Positions 1-12,765 of a stretch of DNA of 64,000 nucleotides are shown piece after piece. The position numbers and the translations under genes are program-made. Location of the stretch: NCBI GenBank assembly GCA_030390025.1, contig CM059431.1, positions 130,574,001 to 130,638,000 on the forward strand. Reading direction: 5' to 3'. Source of the DNA: Squalus acanthias. Taxonomy: Eukaryota. Position 1 is the stretch's first letter, and every line of letters starts with the position of its first letter. The notes under the pieces are model-generated. The model was not told the DNA's origin, searched no databases, and saw nothing but the letters and a program-made list of their open reading frames with translations.

Positions 1-953
1 TAGGATCTCGTGAGCTGCCTCCTGGACTATCCCTGCCACCAGCACCTACTGCTGCTCACTATTGTTGGGTGTTTCACCACATGTAAATCCATTTAACACA
101 CTCTGTAACCCTTTTATTTAACTCTGTAAGCTCGTGCTTGAATTGATGGAGCATGTCATGGTGCCTCCTGAGAAGGATTCTCCTCCTCCTGAGGTGTCTT
201 CATCATGGGCTCAGCGTTACTGAGGAGGACCTAGAGGAAAAAGAACAGGAACAAGAGTTGAGCATGGCACTGAGAGGCTGGAGGGTAGAAGATGACAAGC
301 ATCACAATGCAGCTTGATGTAGTTAAGCTGTGTGATTGTGTGTTTTACAGAAGATCATGAAAGGATGCAATTGACAGTCAGATACCCTGTTCACAGAGGT
401 CTCTGGCCTTGAAATCTCCTATCCTCACAGCTCTGGTGTGCCCCCTGATTTCTAGCACTTGCTGCTCCAACTCGGAGAGTTTCATGATGTTGGCTGGTGT
501 TCCCTGGTCGTACTCCTCTCCCTTGTGTTGAATACTGTCTTGTTCTGCAGAGAGAAAGGGCGAGAATTAATGAGGGTCTCCTGAAAAGGAGAGTGCAGAT
601 GAGTGGGGCTTGTGCTTGTGTGGATGTCGGGAGGAAGAAGAGCAAGTTGGAATTAGGATGGGGAGGTATTAGATGAAAGGCAGGTGTGTGGAGTGTGAAG
701 TGAGGAAGGAGACTTGAGAGAAGGTGGTGATTGTGCAAAGGCTACCAAGTGAGAAGAGAACGCTGCTAATTGCTCCTGTGAAGGGAGCAAGGAAGAGGTG
801 AGTGTGTGTTTGTAATGAGAATGAAGGGTGGTGAGTCCTTGTGCTGAAGGATGTGATAGAGGGGAGGGAATTATTGAGAGAGCTGGAGGAGGGGGCCAAA
901 GGCTGTTGACATGTGTTGTTGTGCGAGGTGAAGAAATGAAGAACTATGCTCAC

Positions 954-1160
954 CCTTGCTACTCTTGAGAGATTATCAAAGCGCTTCCTGCACTGTATCC
1001 AGGATCTGGGGTGATGTTCTTGGGGCTGACAGTCTCAGCAATCTCACCATGGCTGCTGAACTTGGTGCTTTGAAATCCTCTTCCCACTGGCTGGAAAGAT
1101 AACTTTCCTCCTCACCTTGATCTCCAGGGAGGCTTCAGAGAACCTGGAGGTTTGTCTGTG
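954..1160 (-). mobile_element. Decayed Harbinger-type Myb/SANT-like DNA-binding exon
   Basis: Minus strand reads ...RFSEASLE...IFPASGKR...PW, then RSWIQCRKRFDNLSRVAR followed by a GTGAG donor (953-949). Homologous to the Myb-like exon at 44753-44992; frame is disrupted. Confidence 0.65.
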
Positions 1161-1509
1161 ACATTTTGAAGTTCTTTCTTCATGCAGCAGTCCAACAGCG
1201 AAATTTTGCAGATAGAAATGCGACATCGCTTTAAGAGGTGCATTACCACTTTAAATATTCCTCTGGCTGACCCACCAGCAATTGCGCTTCGGAATTGGGC
1301 ACATTTCCTAGCGTGTCAGTGAATTGCGATTTTAATGAGGTGCATAATACCCCAGCCTTGTTTTCTGAGGCAGCGGGTGCGTTTCGGAGTTAAATTCAGG
1401 GTCATGTTTCTAAAATTTTGAGCAGTGCCACAGGAAATCAACTAGTAATTTAAAGAAATACCATAGGGTGAGATCCATAGTAATACAGAGGAGGAAATAT
1501 TAATTTAAC

Positions 1510-3400
1510 AGAGGATGGGTTTGGAGCGTGGGTGTAATTAAATTGTTAAGAATCAGAATCCCGACCTGAACCCGCCTCCAACCTGCCCACTTCCAGTTTT
1601 AATGGAGGCGGGCAGCCAACCCGCTGCCAGGAGGCAGGATGTCAATTTAAATATTTTAATGAGGCTGGAAGCCTCTTCTTTAACTTCCATTTTGTTTTTA
1701 ACAGTAGCTGGTCGTTTTTTACACACTTCAGGCTAAATTTTCCCATCAAAAACTGGATGGGTTCGGAGCGTGGGGGCAGTTAAATTGTTAAAAATGTGAA
1801 TCCCGACCTGATCCCGCCTCCAACCCGCCCACTTCCGGTTTTGCTGGAGGCGGGACGGTGGACAGGCGACCAACCCGCTCCCAAGGGACCCCTCCCCTGC
1901 CAATCCCTCCCCCGGACCTCAATTTAAATATTGTAATGAGGCTGGTACCCTCTATTTTCCCCTCCATTTTGTTATTAACTGCCTGTAGACAGGTTTCACA
2001 CAATTTGTGAAACCCGGCAGTAAACAGAGGCGGAGACTGCTGCATCCAGGAGATAAGTGGATTCATTCCTACCTCCTGGATCCAGGGTCTCCGACCATAT
2101 ACATCCCTCACGATCGGAGACCCCGTCACCAGGCCTCCCCCAACCCCCTCACAACGATGATGATGAGACCAGCCACGATCCTCTGATGGCCAGCCCCGAC
2201 CCTCCGGCCCCCCCCATCGATCCTTCGCCCCCCCCCAATCCCTGGCCAACCTCCCCCCCCCCCGTGATCTCCGGTTCTCGCTTGCCTGCCGATCCCCAAC
2301 CACCCCCCACTGCCTGCTGATCCTGCAAACCCCGCCACCCGATGCTCTCTCCCCCACTCTTGATTGCTCTCCTTCCTCCCGACTGCTGTCCCCCCAACTG
2401 ATTGCCGACCCCAGCTGATCCTCTCTCCCCCCTCCCAATTGCCAACCCCCCTCCCGCTGATCCGACACCCCCCCGCTGATCCAGACCCCCCCATCCGCCG
2501 ATCCTTTCCCCGGACTGAACCCCCGCAACTGAGGCCTACCCGCCCGCAGCCAGCCAGCCTCTTAAGCTGGGTGGCTGCGGGCGGGAAACCAAGGCCTCAC
2601 ATTCAAATTAGGCCCTGCCGGTAAAATCGGCAGGGCCTGCGGGAAACCCGGCCTCCCGGGTTTTCCGCCCACCTCGGACCACTCTCCCGCCCCCAACCCG
2701 CCTCCCCAAAGAAAATTCTAACCTTCGTAAAACCCGGCAGTTACAGCAAGGTGAGGACTGCTGCATCCAGGAGGTAAGTGCCTTCACACCTACCTCCTGG
2801 AATCAGGGTCCCTGCCTAACTCACCCCCCGCGAGCAGAGACCACTTCACGAGGCCTCCCCCCACCCCCTCCTGCACGTGGCTTCCGATCGCTACCCCCTA
2901 CCAGCCTTCGATCCCTCCACGAGGCCTCACCCCTTCCCTCCACTCCTCCAGCCTTCACCGTGCCCCTCCTGGTCCTGATCTTCTGCAGACCCCCCCTTGT
3001 TCCTCCAGCCACCCTGCAATCCTCAGCATCCGCGCCCCCCCTTGCTCCTCCGGCCCCCACTCAGCCCCCAATATGCCTCGCGCCCCCGATGATCCTCGCC
3101 CCCAGGCCCCCGACAATCCTCGCCCTCCGACAATCCTCGCCCCCGACGATCCCAGCCCCCGGCCCACGATGTTCCACGCACCCATCCCCCCACCCCCCCC
3201 TATCCTTAGCAACCCCATCCCCCGTGCTCCTCCGGCCGACCCTGGCTCCCCCACCCTGGCAATCCCTTCCTCCTTCCTACCCGCTCGCAGCCAGCCTGCC
3301 TCTCAATCTGGCTGGTTGTGGGTGGGAACAGAGGCTTCCCATGCAAATCAGGCCCTGCCATTAAAGTCGGCTGGGGCTGTGGGAAACCCTCCCATAAGGT
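1510..3400. mobile_element. GC-rich non-autonomous DNA element (outer copy, split by a related copy)
   Basis: 1510-1729 and 2727-3400 are collinear with the inner element 1730-2723 (shared ...cccgcctccaac.., aaacccggcagt, ctgctgcatccaggag, ccagcc blocks). Outer ends are approximate. Confidence 0.6.
1730..2723. mobile_element. Harbinger-like MITE nested in a relative
   Basis: Imperfect TIRs AGGCTAAATTTTC / GAAAATTCTAACC; TTC duplicated at 1727-1729 and 2724-2726. Confidence 0.65.
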
Positions 3401-3969
3401 GTGTATTTTTTAAAAAGGGGTAAAAACTCTGCTGAGGTTGAAGGCTGGTCAAATAGTCCGCATAACAGAAGCATAAACACTCTGCTGGAGTGCTATTGAA
3501 GTGGACACTGAAAAGAAAGCTGTAACTGACTGAAACTAAATCAGGCTCATAACGCTGCTGGATTGCACCTTTGAACTCACTGTACTAAGTGCTTCTGTTT
3601 ATAGAGTGATACATTTTAGGTGGCAAAAAAAGTAGTAGCATACTCAGGGCAAAGGATTAATAATGATCACACTAACAAATCACGGTTCCATATAGAAATT
3701 AAAATGAATGCCACATTATAATGCATTCACAGTACAATGCTACATTATGTCCTGATTTAAAAATGTTAAAAAAATTGAAACCACATTTCTAATCTCAGAG
3801 TATATTAGTATTAATTTGCCAATATTACTCCATTTCACTGCACAGCATCAGATTTTATTAGTGTAATTATGTACCGTATAATGGCTCCATGATGGCTTGT
3901 GGCAAAATTTCTTTTGAAATTCTTACATTTTGTATCTTGTAGAGACAGAAAAAATGTTAAATAATATAA

Positions 3970-4111
3970 AAAATAAAAACAGAAAGTGCTTGAAATACAC
4001 AGCAAGTTAACAAGTTCTGATGGAACGTTACACGTGAAGCATTAACCTATCTTTCTTTTTCATATGGTGATTAACTCTGCTGTATTTCTGCCATTTTCTG
4101 CTTTATTTCAG
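3970..4111. repeat. Degenerate Penelope-terminus-like foldback repeat
   Basis: aaataaaaacagaaagtgc...cagca and tgctg...cattttctgctttattt form inverted arms around agttctgatg...gaagcattaac; similar to 60073-60164 and 41288-41365. Confidence 0.45.
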
Positions 4112-4253
4112 TATTGTGTCCATTCAGTTCAGTGTCATGATTTCCAGTATTTGCAGGTTTTGACGTTTTTGAATTCTCACATGTTTCAAACTAAAGGGAT
4201 ACCTTGTGAAGATGAGAAGTATCCATACAGTAATTGCAAATTCCTGTTTGCAG

Positions 4254-4422
4254 CTGTTACAGGGAAAAGTGATCCCCAAGTACGAGAAATGGCATTCAGC
4301 AGAAAAGGGCAGTGGGCAAATGGATGGTGATGACATCCAGATTAGCGGAGACTGTGATGATGAGGATGGCTGCTTTGGCTCAGGAAACGGAGAAGTGAAA
4401 AAATCTTTCAAACCCTCTGAAC
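4254..4422 (+). CDS. gpc5: Glypican-5-like internal (penultimate) coding exon with heparan sulfate attachment Ser-Gly region
   Basis: ttcctgtttgcag acceptor and gtgagt donor; 169 nt, phase 0 to 1. Encodes LLQGKVIPKYEKWHSAEKGSGQMDGDDIQISGDCDDEDGCFGSGNGEVKKSFKPSE, matching the recalled GPC5 motif LLQG..P...KW...GSG...SGDCDDEDGCGGSGSGEVK. Exact paralog not confirmed. Confidence 0.88.
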
Positions 4423-5954
4423 GTGAGTCTTTAATAATGTCCAAACTTCTATTTAGCAACGTCAATACCTTTTAAAAAGTGTGTTTGCAGGAAAGCGCAT
4501 ACAAATTATTCATGCTGTCAATACCATTTCAGATACCAAAAGTACTTCACTGTAGAAAAAGTATTAATGTTCAAATTGATAGTGTTTTTGTGACTTCATA
4601 AAGTAAACCAAGAAAATGATATCAGCAGGTTTTTTTTTTAGGTAACAGAGCATCATTATTAAGGCCTAGAAAATTGGAAATAGCAAACCATCACCAAAAA
4701 TGTTTTTGGTCCTTGAATACATCTATCTAGGCAACTACAAGTTTTCTGTCTTGAAATGTAGAGATGCATGATTGTGGATAACTGAAAATATTGCCTGTAT
4801 GTTCATGTTAACTGCTTGGTTGCAGGTGCATTTTAAAATGTTTTAAAATATATTTATTTCTATTGAAAGTATATCTACTTTTTTGGAATATTTCCATGTA
4901 AAAGGAAGTTAGAAAAGTGATAATGCCAGTCTGATATTGGGCAAAGTAGTCCTGTAATGCTTTATGCTTAAGAGAAAGGCTCCATTCCGTGCAGGAAGCT
5001 GACGTCGAAACACCAATGGTTAATGAAATCGATATTGAGCAAGGAATAATCTAGCCCAGTACATGATGGTGAAAGCATGACGATAAGATTGATAAAAATT
5101 GTATGCTTACCCCTAGGTAAAGACAAACTATGAATCATAGATGTGATTTATAAGACTTAAAACCTTCAAGTATTTGAAGTATTTGAAGCCCCTGGTTTAA
5201 AACAAATGTAAATGGTATATCTATAATAACATAACAAAATGTCTCAAATTCAATTTTATCTGTGCGTGTAATTGGTATTCTATTATATTTAAAATGCTGC
5301 AATTCTGTGCTTCATGCAGAGACTGTAATTTATCTGTCATCTCTCTCTAGTAGTACTGTAAATTAATTATCTTGGGCTAAAGCCCCCAGTCACAGAGGGA
5401 TTGATTTTGAACTAGGCTGCATGAAGTGATTTGCAAGTGACTGTTGTATTGCTTTACCCTGCTGTATAATGAATCCACATGCAAGAGATCTTCACTTCTC
5501 CCTCTCACAGCAGAATTCTGTGATTGCCTGAATGAGAATGCGCAGGTAAGTCACTGATAATCTTGGACAAGAATGCTTATTCCCCTAATTAAATGGCACA
5601 GTGTTCAACCAAATCTTTTCTTTTGCATTGAAAGAAAAGGCTCTGCAACATTGTCATCAAAATGGTGTCACATCCACATGATGTGATGATGCATTTCAAC
5701 AACATCTTCAGCACAATATGTTTGTAAACAAATGAGAAACAACATTTCTCGTGAAAATTGTGCCCCTTTTTGAAAGAAAAATACATTGGTGACCAGAACA
5801 TATGTTAGCTTTAAAATAATTTAAATTCCAGAGCAGCTTCCTACAGATATTATGTAGTGATGAATGCTCATTGAATATTTCTGCCTCGATCTATTTCCAT
5901 TATGGGGCTTATGTAGCCATTTGAAAGATATAACGTGTCTTCTTAATAGGAATG

Positions 5955-6210
5955 TAGGAATGCCAACCCTCCAGAATTGCCCTGTAGTCTCCAGGAATTA
6001 AAGATACTGCAGCGAGCAACCCAGCAGAAAAATCGTAGGGACATTAAAAAAATTATGTGCATTTTTCATTTTCTTTGAACACTTTTGTTTACTTGTTACA
6101 AAAATATTGGCGATTAGAAAAAAGGCTGTTTTACTGGCTGGGGCAGCAGGAGGCGGGTGGTCATGTGAAGAAACCTTCAGGAATAAGTCCAACCAGAGTT
6201 GGCTACCCTA
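5955..6210. mobile_element. Short hAT-like MITE
   Basis: Imperfect TIRs TAGGAATGCCAAC / GTTGGCTACCCTA (TAGGGTTGCCAAC type); no clear TSD. Confidence 0.5.
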
Positions 6211-6443
6211 CTTTTTGAATGATTTTTCTATTTGACTTACAGTAACTACAGTGGGAAATGGCCAAAGCATGGAACACCTACAGCACTAAAGAAGCTTTGA
6301 TTCTAAAGCAGCACTTTTAGTACAATTGTCTAGAACAAGTTGAGCACTTCACTTTAATACCTGATGCCTCAAGATGTTTCTCAAAAATGTTTTAATGAAA
6401 TGTGTTATGATTGTCCTATGTGGTTGAATTTTGAAGTACTATA

Positions 6444-6900
6444 TAGAGAACTGCATAGAATTTTACAGCACAGAAACAGTCATTCGGCCCAACGGGTCTT
6501 TGCCGGTGTTTATGCTCCACGAGCCTCCTCCCGCCTTACTTCATCTCACTCTATCAACATATCCGTCTATTCCTTTCTCCCTTATGTACTTAGCTAGCTT
6601 CCCCTTAAATGCATCTATTCTAATCACCTGAACCACTCCATGCGATAGCGAGTTCCATATTCTCACCACTCTCTAAGCAAAGAAGTTTCTTCTGAATTCC
6701 TTATTGGATTTATGGCCCCTAGCTTTGGAGTCCCCCACAAGTGGAAACATCTTCTCTGCATTTATCCTATCGAACCCCTTCCTAATTTTAAAAACCTCTA
6801 TCAGGTCACCTCTCAGTCTTCTTTCTACAGAAAAGAGCCCGAGTCTGTTGAGTCATCATGATAGTTGTAGCCTCTCCATTCTTGTATCATCCCTGTAAAT
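6444..6900 (-). mobile_element. CR1 LINE 3' fragment
   Basis: Degenerate RT C-terminus (RLRGDLIEVFKI-like) plus 3' tail similar to the other CR1 copies. Confidence 0.75.
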
Positions 6901-7607
6901 CGTACACATTCCAACCCCGATTTGCATATGCAGGGCAACAAAATCCTGTTGCAGACAGGCACCCTGCACACTTGGAAGGTGTCGGATTCCAATATGACAG
7001 CCAACGCACCTCTGGGAGAGATCAGGCACATGAGATTACAAACTGAAATATGTCCCTCCACACTCAATTTTTTGCCAAAATAATGGGCAAAACAAAGTTG
7101 AATTTCTCTCCACCCCCAGGGATTTCTGTCTTTAGGTTGTAAATCCAGTGGGATGGTGGTTCCAGGAAATTAATATCCTTGGCAGATGCTTCTAGGAATT
7201 GTCATCCTGAACATCAAGTTGAGAGACATATGGATAACCCCAGCAAATGGACATTTGCACATAGCTGCGGGCAGGGGGTGGTGGGGGATGCCAACACAGT
7301 GCCCCCGACTATTCTGGTATTAATAAAATGGTGGCTTCCAAGAATTGTTGACTAGGGATGTCAGTGGTTATATTTAATACAAATTTGAACCATTTGTTTC
7401 CAGGAGAAGGGTGTACCAGGAGTGCAGAGTTTTCATAGGCCCAGCAGGGTGACTTGTGCTGCATGTGGAAAGGGGAAGGTGTAAAAGATGTTATAGCAAA
7501 GTTCAATAAATTTGTGATTTTTTTTTATACATACATAGTTTGATCAATTTTATTTTTAGGGGTTCACATTGGAGCAGGTGAGAAATTGTTATGGTTGCTG
7601 ACATTGG

Positions 7608-8540
7608 AAGATAGGAGCAGGAGTAGGCCATTCAGCCCCTCGAGCCTGTTCCAGCATTCAATGAGATCATGGCTGATCTGTATCCTAACTCCATCCACCC
7701 ACCTTCGCTTCATATCCCTTTATACCCTTGGCTAGCAAAAATCTATCGATCCCAGATATAAAATTATTAATTGAAAAGTGTTTCCTAACTTCTCTCTTGA
7801 AAGGCCTGGCTCTGATCTTAAAATTATGTCCCCTTGTTTTAGACTCCCCCACCAATGGAAAATGTTTCTCTCCATCTACCCTATCAATTCCATTCAAAAT
7901 TCTAAAAGCCTCAATCACATCACCCCTTAACCTTCTATATTCCAGGGAATATAAACCTAGTTTATGTAATCGCTCCTCATAATCTAGCCCTTGGAGCCCT
8001 GGTAACATTCTGGTGAATCTCTGCCTCACTCCTTCCAAGGCCAATATATCCTTTCTAAGGTGCAGTGCCCAGAACTTTACACAGTACTCCAGAAATCATC
8101 TAACCAGGGCTTTGTATAGCTATAGCAAAGCTTCCTCCCCTTTATATTCTAGCCCTCTAGTTATAAAGGCTAGCATTCCATTAGCCTTTTTGATTATTTT
8201 TTTTAACCTGACTACTATATTTTAGTGATCTGTGAACATGGATCCCCAAATCTCTTTGGACCTCCACTGTTCCTAGCTTTTCACCATTTAAATAATACTC
8301 GTATCGATCCTTTTTTGGTCTAAAATGGATGACCTACATTGAAATCCATCTGTCATAGTTTTGTCCACTCACTTAATCTATCAATGTCTTTTGTAATTTT
8401 ACACTCTCATCTACAATACTTACTTTACCACCAATCTATGTGTCATTGGCAAACTTGGATATATGGCTCTTTATTGTTAAGTCATTAATAAATATAGTGA
8501 ATAGTTGAGGCCCCAGCACAGATCCTTGTGGGACACCACT
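7608..8540 (-). mobile_element. CR1/HER1-like LINE, 5'-truncated
   Basis: [21 protein letters not shown]...SKFA, LEGVRQRFTRMLPG...RLRGDVIE, and the shared tail taggagcaggagtaggcc. Confidence 0.9.
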
Positions 8541-9220
8541 CGTCCTTACAGAATGAGTTACTTTGCTTGAATATGAGAGGTGAAAATTAATATTGGTGAG
8601 AAAGGTCTTGCATATGATTAATGGAAAATAACCAATGACAAAGGAGAAATACATAGAGGAATAAGATAGTTGATACATTTGATACATATTTTCAACCGTC
8701 ATGATGTGAACAACAGACAAAAAAATTCTTATAAAGATTTGTAGCTCAAAAATAATACAAGAATTGCTGTACTCGAACAAAGAATATATACTCTGCCCCT
8801 CCCCCGCCCAAAAAACATTTTCTGTTCAATTATTCAGTTATTCAATTCACTGCTCTTGGCAGAACTGTCTTGTTCGAAAAAATAGACAACTCATAAATTT
8901 CAGTCATCCAAGATACTATTCTTTTTCCCTCTAATCCTGCAGTGTTCTGTATATTATTTGGTGTCTTGAATTCCATTGCAGCAGCATTTATTCCGTGCAG
9001 CTGAATGCCTTGCAGAATTGGATGGTGCAAAATATGACAAAAACACCTTCCATGACCAGTTAACAAAACAAAACACAAAATGAAAAGACATTTCACGAGC
9101 TGCTAGATTTGAACTATATTCTGAGTATGTTCGGAGATCCCAAGAGGAAAAGCAGAAAGAGGAGCTGTGGATGTGGTTTAAGTAGTTGAGACAAAGCGAA
9201 TCACATCCAGCAAATACTAC

Positions 9221-10407
9221 AGAAAGACTTGCATTTATATAGCGCCTTTCATGACCACCGGACGTCTCAAAGCGCTTTACAGTCAACGACGTACTTTTGA
9301 AGTGGAGTCACTATTGTAATGTGGGAAACGCGGCAACCAATTCGCACACAGCAAACTCCCACTAACAGCAAAGTGATAATGACCAGATAATCTGTTTTTG
9401 TTAGTTAAGGGAGAAATATCGGCCAGGACACCGGGGATAACTCCCCTACTCTTCTTCGATGGGATGGGATCTTTTACGTCCACCTGAGAGGGTAGATGCG
9501 GCCTCGGTTTAACTTCTCATCCGAAAGACGGCACCCTCTGACAATGCAGCACTCCCTCAGCACTGCACTGGAGTGTCAGCCTAGCTTTATAAGAACATAA
9601 GAACATAAGAAATAGGAGCAGGAGTAGGCCAATCGGCCCTTCGAGCCTGCTCCGCCATTCAATAAGATCATGGCTGATCTGATCCTCACCTCAAATCTAA
9701 AGAACACAAGAAGTAGGAGCAGGACCCGGCCACTCAGCCCCTGGGCCCGCTACGCCACCCACAGGGCCTCGACCGATCCGAACTCAGCCTCATGTCCAAT
9801 TTCCTGCCCGCTCCCCGTAACCCCTAATTCCCTTTACTTCTAGAAAACTGTCTATTTCTGTTTTAAATTTATTTAATGATGTAGCTTCCACAGCTTCCTG
9901 GGGCAGCAAATTCACAGACCTACTACCCTCTGAGTGAAGAAGTTTCTCCTCATCTCAGTTTTGAAAGAGCAGCCCCTTATTCTAAGATTATGCCCCCTAG
10001 TTCTAGTTTCACCCATCCTTGGGAACATCCTTACCGCATCCACCCGATCAAGCCCCTTCACAATCTTATATGTTTCAATAAGATCGCCTCTCATTCTTCT
10101 GAACTCCAATGAGTAGAGTCCCAATCTACTCAACCTCTCCTCGTATGTCCACCCCCTCATCCTGGGGATTAACCGAGTGAACCTTCTTTGTAGTGCCTCG
10201 AGAGCAAGTATGTCTTTTCTTAAGTATGGACACCAAAACTGTATGCAGTATTCCAGATGCGGTCTCACCAATACCTTATATAACTGCAGCAATACCTCCC
10301 TGTTTTTATAATCTATCCCCCTAGCAATAAAAGTCCTTGGAGTGTGACTTGAACCCACAACCTTCTGACTCAGAGGCGAGTGTGCTACCCACTGAGCCAC
10401 AGCTGAC
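9221..10407 (-). mobile_element. tRNA-headed SINE (SacSINE1/Deu-SINE-like) split by a CR1
   Basis: Head gtcagctgtggctcagtgggtagc...gggttcaagtc with A/B boxes at 10407-10340; tail ...aaaggcgctatataaatgcaag; second copy at 41446-42682. Family name is from recall. Confidence 0.8.
9589..10331 (-). mobile_element. CR1 3' fragment inserted in a SINE, with a doubled 3' end
   Basis: FIARGIDYKNREVLLQLYKVLVRPHLEYC...; (ttcttatg)n tail at 9589-9610. Confidence 0.9.
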
Positions 10408-10963
10408 AATAGAAGTACAATGTTGAACTGAATTAGTGGCTATTTATCAGGAGATACTTAATTTTGAACAGTAAAATCCTTGGAACTGTTTAAACTGTAG
10501 AGGCTCCTTTTAGTTTGAGATTTGCTATGAAATGTACACTGCAGGTCACAAAGGCTATGCCCTTTTTTAATGCTTTGTTGTATTCTTCAAACTTGTCAAT
10601 GCAGTGTGTCTGAAAGAGTAATTGCTTGTACAGGAATGAAGATAGAATGCTGGAAATTGCCTTGGTGGAGTAGGTTAAAAGAACATTGCTTGACATTTCT
10701 ATTCTGATTATCCACAAAAAATGCACAGGACCCCCATTGGGAATTCAATGACTCCATCAAGCGACAACTTCACTCTCACCTGGAGGGTTTTCTGTAAGTA
10801 ACTCATTGGATAAGTTTCATCAGTTCTCAGCTGGGTTGCTGCAGTTCCCATTGATTCCCTTCATAGATTCAGGTCCAATTGAAACCCTGTACTGTTAGTT
10901 GTGGCAATTAATTTCAAGTAATGGAATACTACATGGTAGTATGTACATAGTAGTTATGTAGAG

Positions 10964-11700
10964 ATGGGGTTCTCAAATGTTTTGCTTCTGAGGCCCCCCT
11001 CCAGTGTTATAAAAATTCCACGGACCCCCCCTGTAACACAACTATATTTTCTGTATAAAAATTCTCTCAGCGCCGCTCCCACTCACCGTGTTACTGCTGC
11101 TATCCCGGCACTGCAGAAAATACTGGTCCCCACGCCCATCCCACCCCCTCTTCCGCCACATGAGCTCCAGTTACCTGATCCCCAGTCTCCCTCTTTCTCC
11201 AGCAACCCCTGACTCTCTCACTGACAGCTCCCGGCACATCAGCTGGTCCAGATCCAGCACGAGTCAACACTCTTGCTAAAATCTATCGGCTAACCGGGAG
11301 TTACCGATGTTGCGCAGAATAAGTTAAGGGTGCAGTCAGACACTTTTGGTCGCGAGTCAAATTGGTGGGACACGGAGGTGGTTCCGGCAGAGCTGCCGGT
11401 TGTACTGCAACTGTTTGGCCTTCAGGCCAGTCTGCCCGTATATACAGCGGGAACTGGCGAGAGGAGAGCGGAGGACGGAGAACTCGAGCTGGGAGATCTG
11501 TGCTCAGTGACCAGCAACCGCCGTCTTTCTCCCTCCTCAGCGAGCGGGCCCTGGGCTCATTGGCAGCTGCTGGCGTTCTCGCACAGTCATTTGAGAGGCC
11601 GGAGCTGCCAGTTTGCTCAGCTCGATCCCACCTTTATGCAACGGTGTATTTTTCTTTTAAAATCCCGGAGGCCCACTAGGGGACCGGTTGAGAACCCCTG
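10964..11700. mobile_element. Non-autonomous hAT (Charlie-like) transposon
   Basis: TIRs (AT)GGGGTTCTCAA / TTGAGAACCCCTG; perfect 8-bp TSD ATGTAGAG at 10956-10963 and 11701-11708. Confidence 0.85.
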
Positions 11701-12159
11701 ATGTAGAGAACATGATTGTTTTTTGAAAAATAAATAAAATAGATTCTCTCTACTCAATACCTTCTATTTTACTCATTCCCCTTCACCCCACAGCTCATCT
11801 GTCGCTAGATGTTTGCTTTAAGCCAGAAGGATCATGGATTTCATTCTGTGCTCTCATCACAACCTTTTTCATTGCCACTCAGTGTTGGAATAACCAAAGT
11901 TATGGTTTGAGCAGTCCTGAGTTGGGTGATGTCAATTCATCTTCCTCAGTCAAGAAGGAACAACAAATTTGAATTTTGTTCTTTCTGGTTGTCCCATTCA
12001 GAATTGATCATTGTGGCCACTAATGTGCTGATACCAGTAAACTTAAGGTAAAGTCACATTTAAGCCAATAGTATGGTACCAATACATTTCTTCTTTCCCT
12101 TCAATTCTCTCCCCTCTACTCTCCTCTCCTCGTGCTAATATAAAGACATTAGAGACAAG

Positions 12160-12765
12160 TTTAACCCTGCCCACTCAGCTGAAACCAGGCCGGCAGGGTT
12201 AAAATTGACCGGAAACATACCTGCCGATGTATGGTTTCCATCTTGCAGTCTTCAATTTTAACCTGCTCTTCTGAGCAGGCTGCAAGGAAATCCACCTGAA
12301 AATGATGGGGTCCTTCTTAAAATATGCAGATCAGGCTCCAATTATGTCATCGGGACCCAAAATACTATTTTAGCCGGTGGCCTGAGTAGGAGAGCTGCTG
12401 TGAAGCTAGTGGGAAGAGGAGGCGGGACAAGAAGAGGCCCAAAGAAGTATGTTTTTTGATAACTTTCTTTGTGAGGAGCAGGAATCCCTACAAGTAAAGT
12501 TTAGGCCTACCCTGCCCCAGGTTCCCCCTTCCCCCCCCCTCCCCTTCCCAATTCCAATGCACCCTCACAACCACTTCTCCGTGACTTATCTGAATGCAGA
12601 GGACTGTTCTTGCGGTCACACCTGTCATTTCCCGCCGGTTTCAGATGGGCAACTGACCGGGGTCATGAAGATTGCTTGGGCCTCACGTTGCTGAGGTCAG
12701 GGGGGTTTGACATTCGCCTTGGCTCCCGCCCGCCTGATTTCTGCTCCGGATTGTAATCAGGCCTA
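12160..12765. mobile_element. Probable old GC-rich MITE-like element
   Basis: GC island with motifs shared with 29620-30160, 34670-35220 and 37412-37970 (tgacgtca/tatgca/gaggagcagga blocks); ends uncertain. Confidence 0.4.

Noticed and set aside
1788..3423. Pro/Gly-rich ORFs on both strands
   Set aside because: By-products of C-skewed MITE interiors; no domain or splice support.
4206..4475. Full 89-aa ORF as the CDS
   Set aside because: Only the splice-site-bounded part 4254-4422 resembles glypican; the flanks are intronic.
9912..10409. 165-aa ORF as a gene
   Set aside because: Chance fusion of a SINE head and a CR1 RT fragment.
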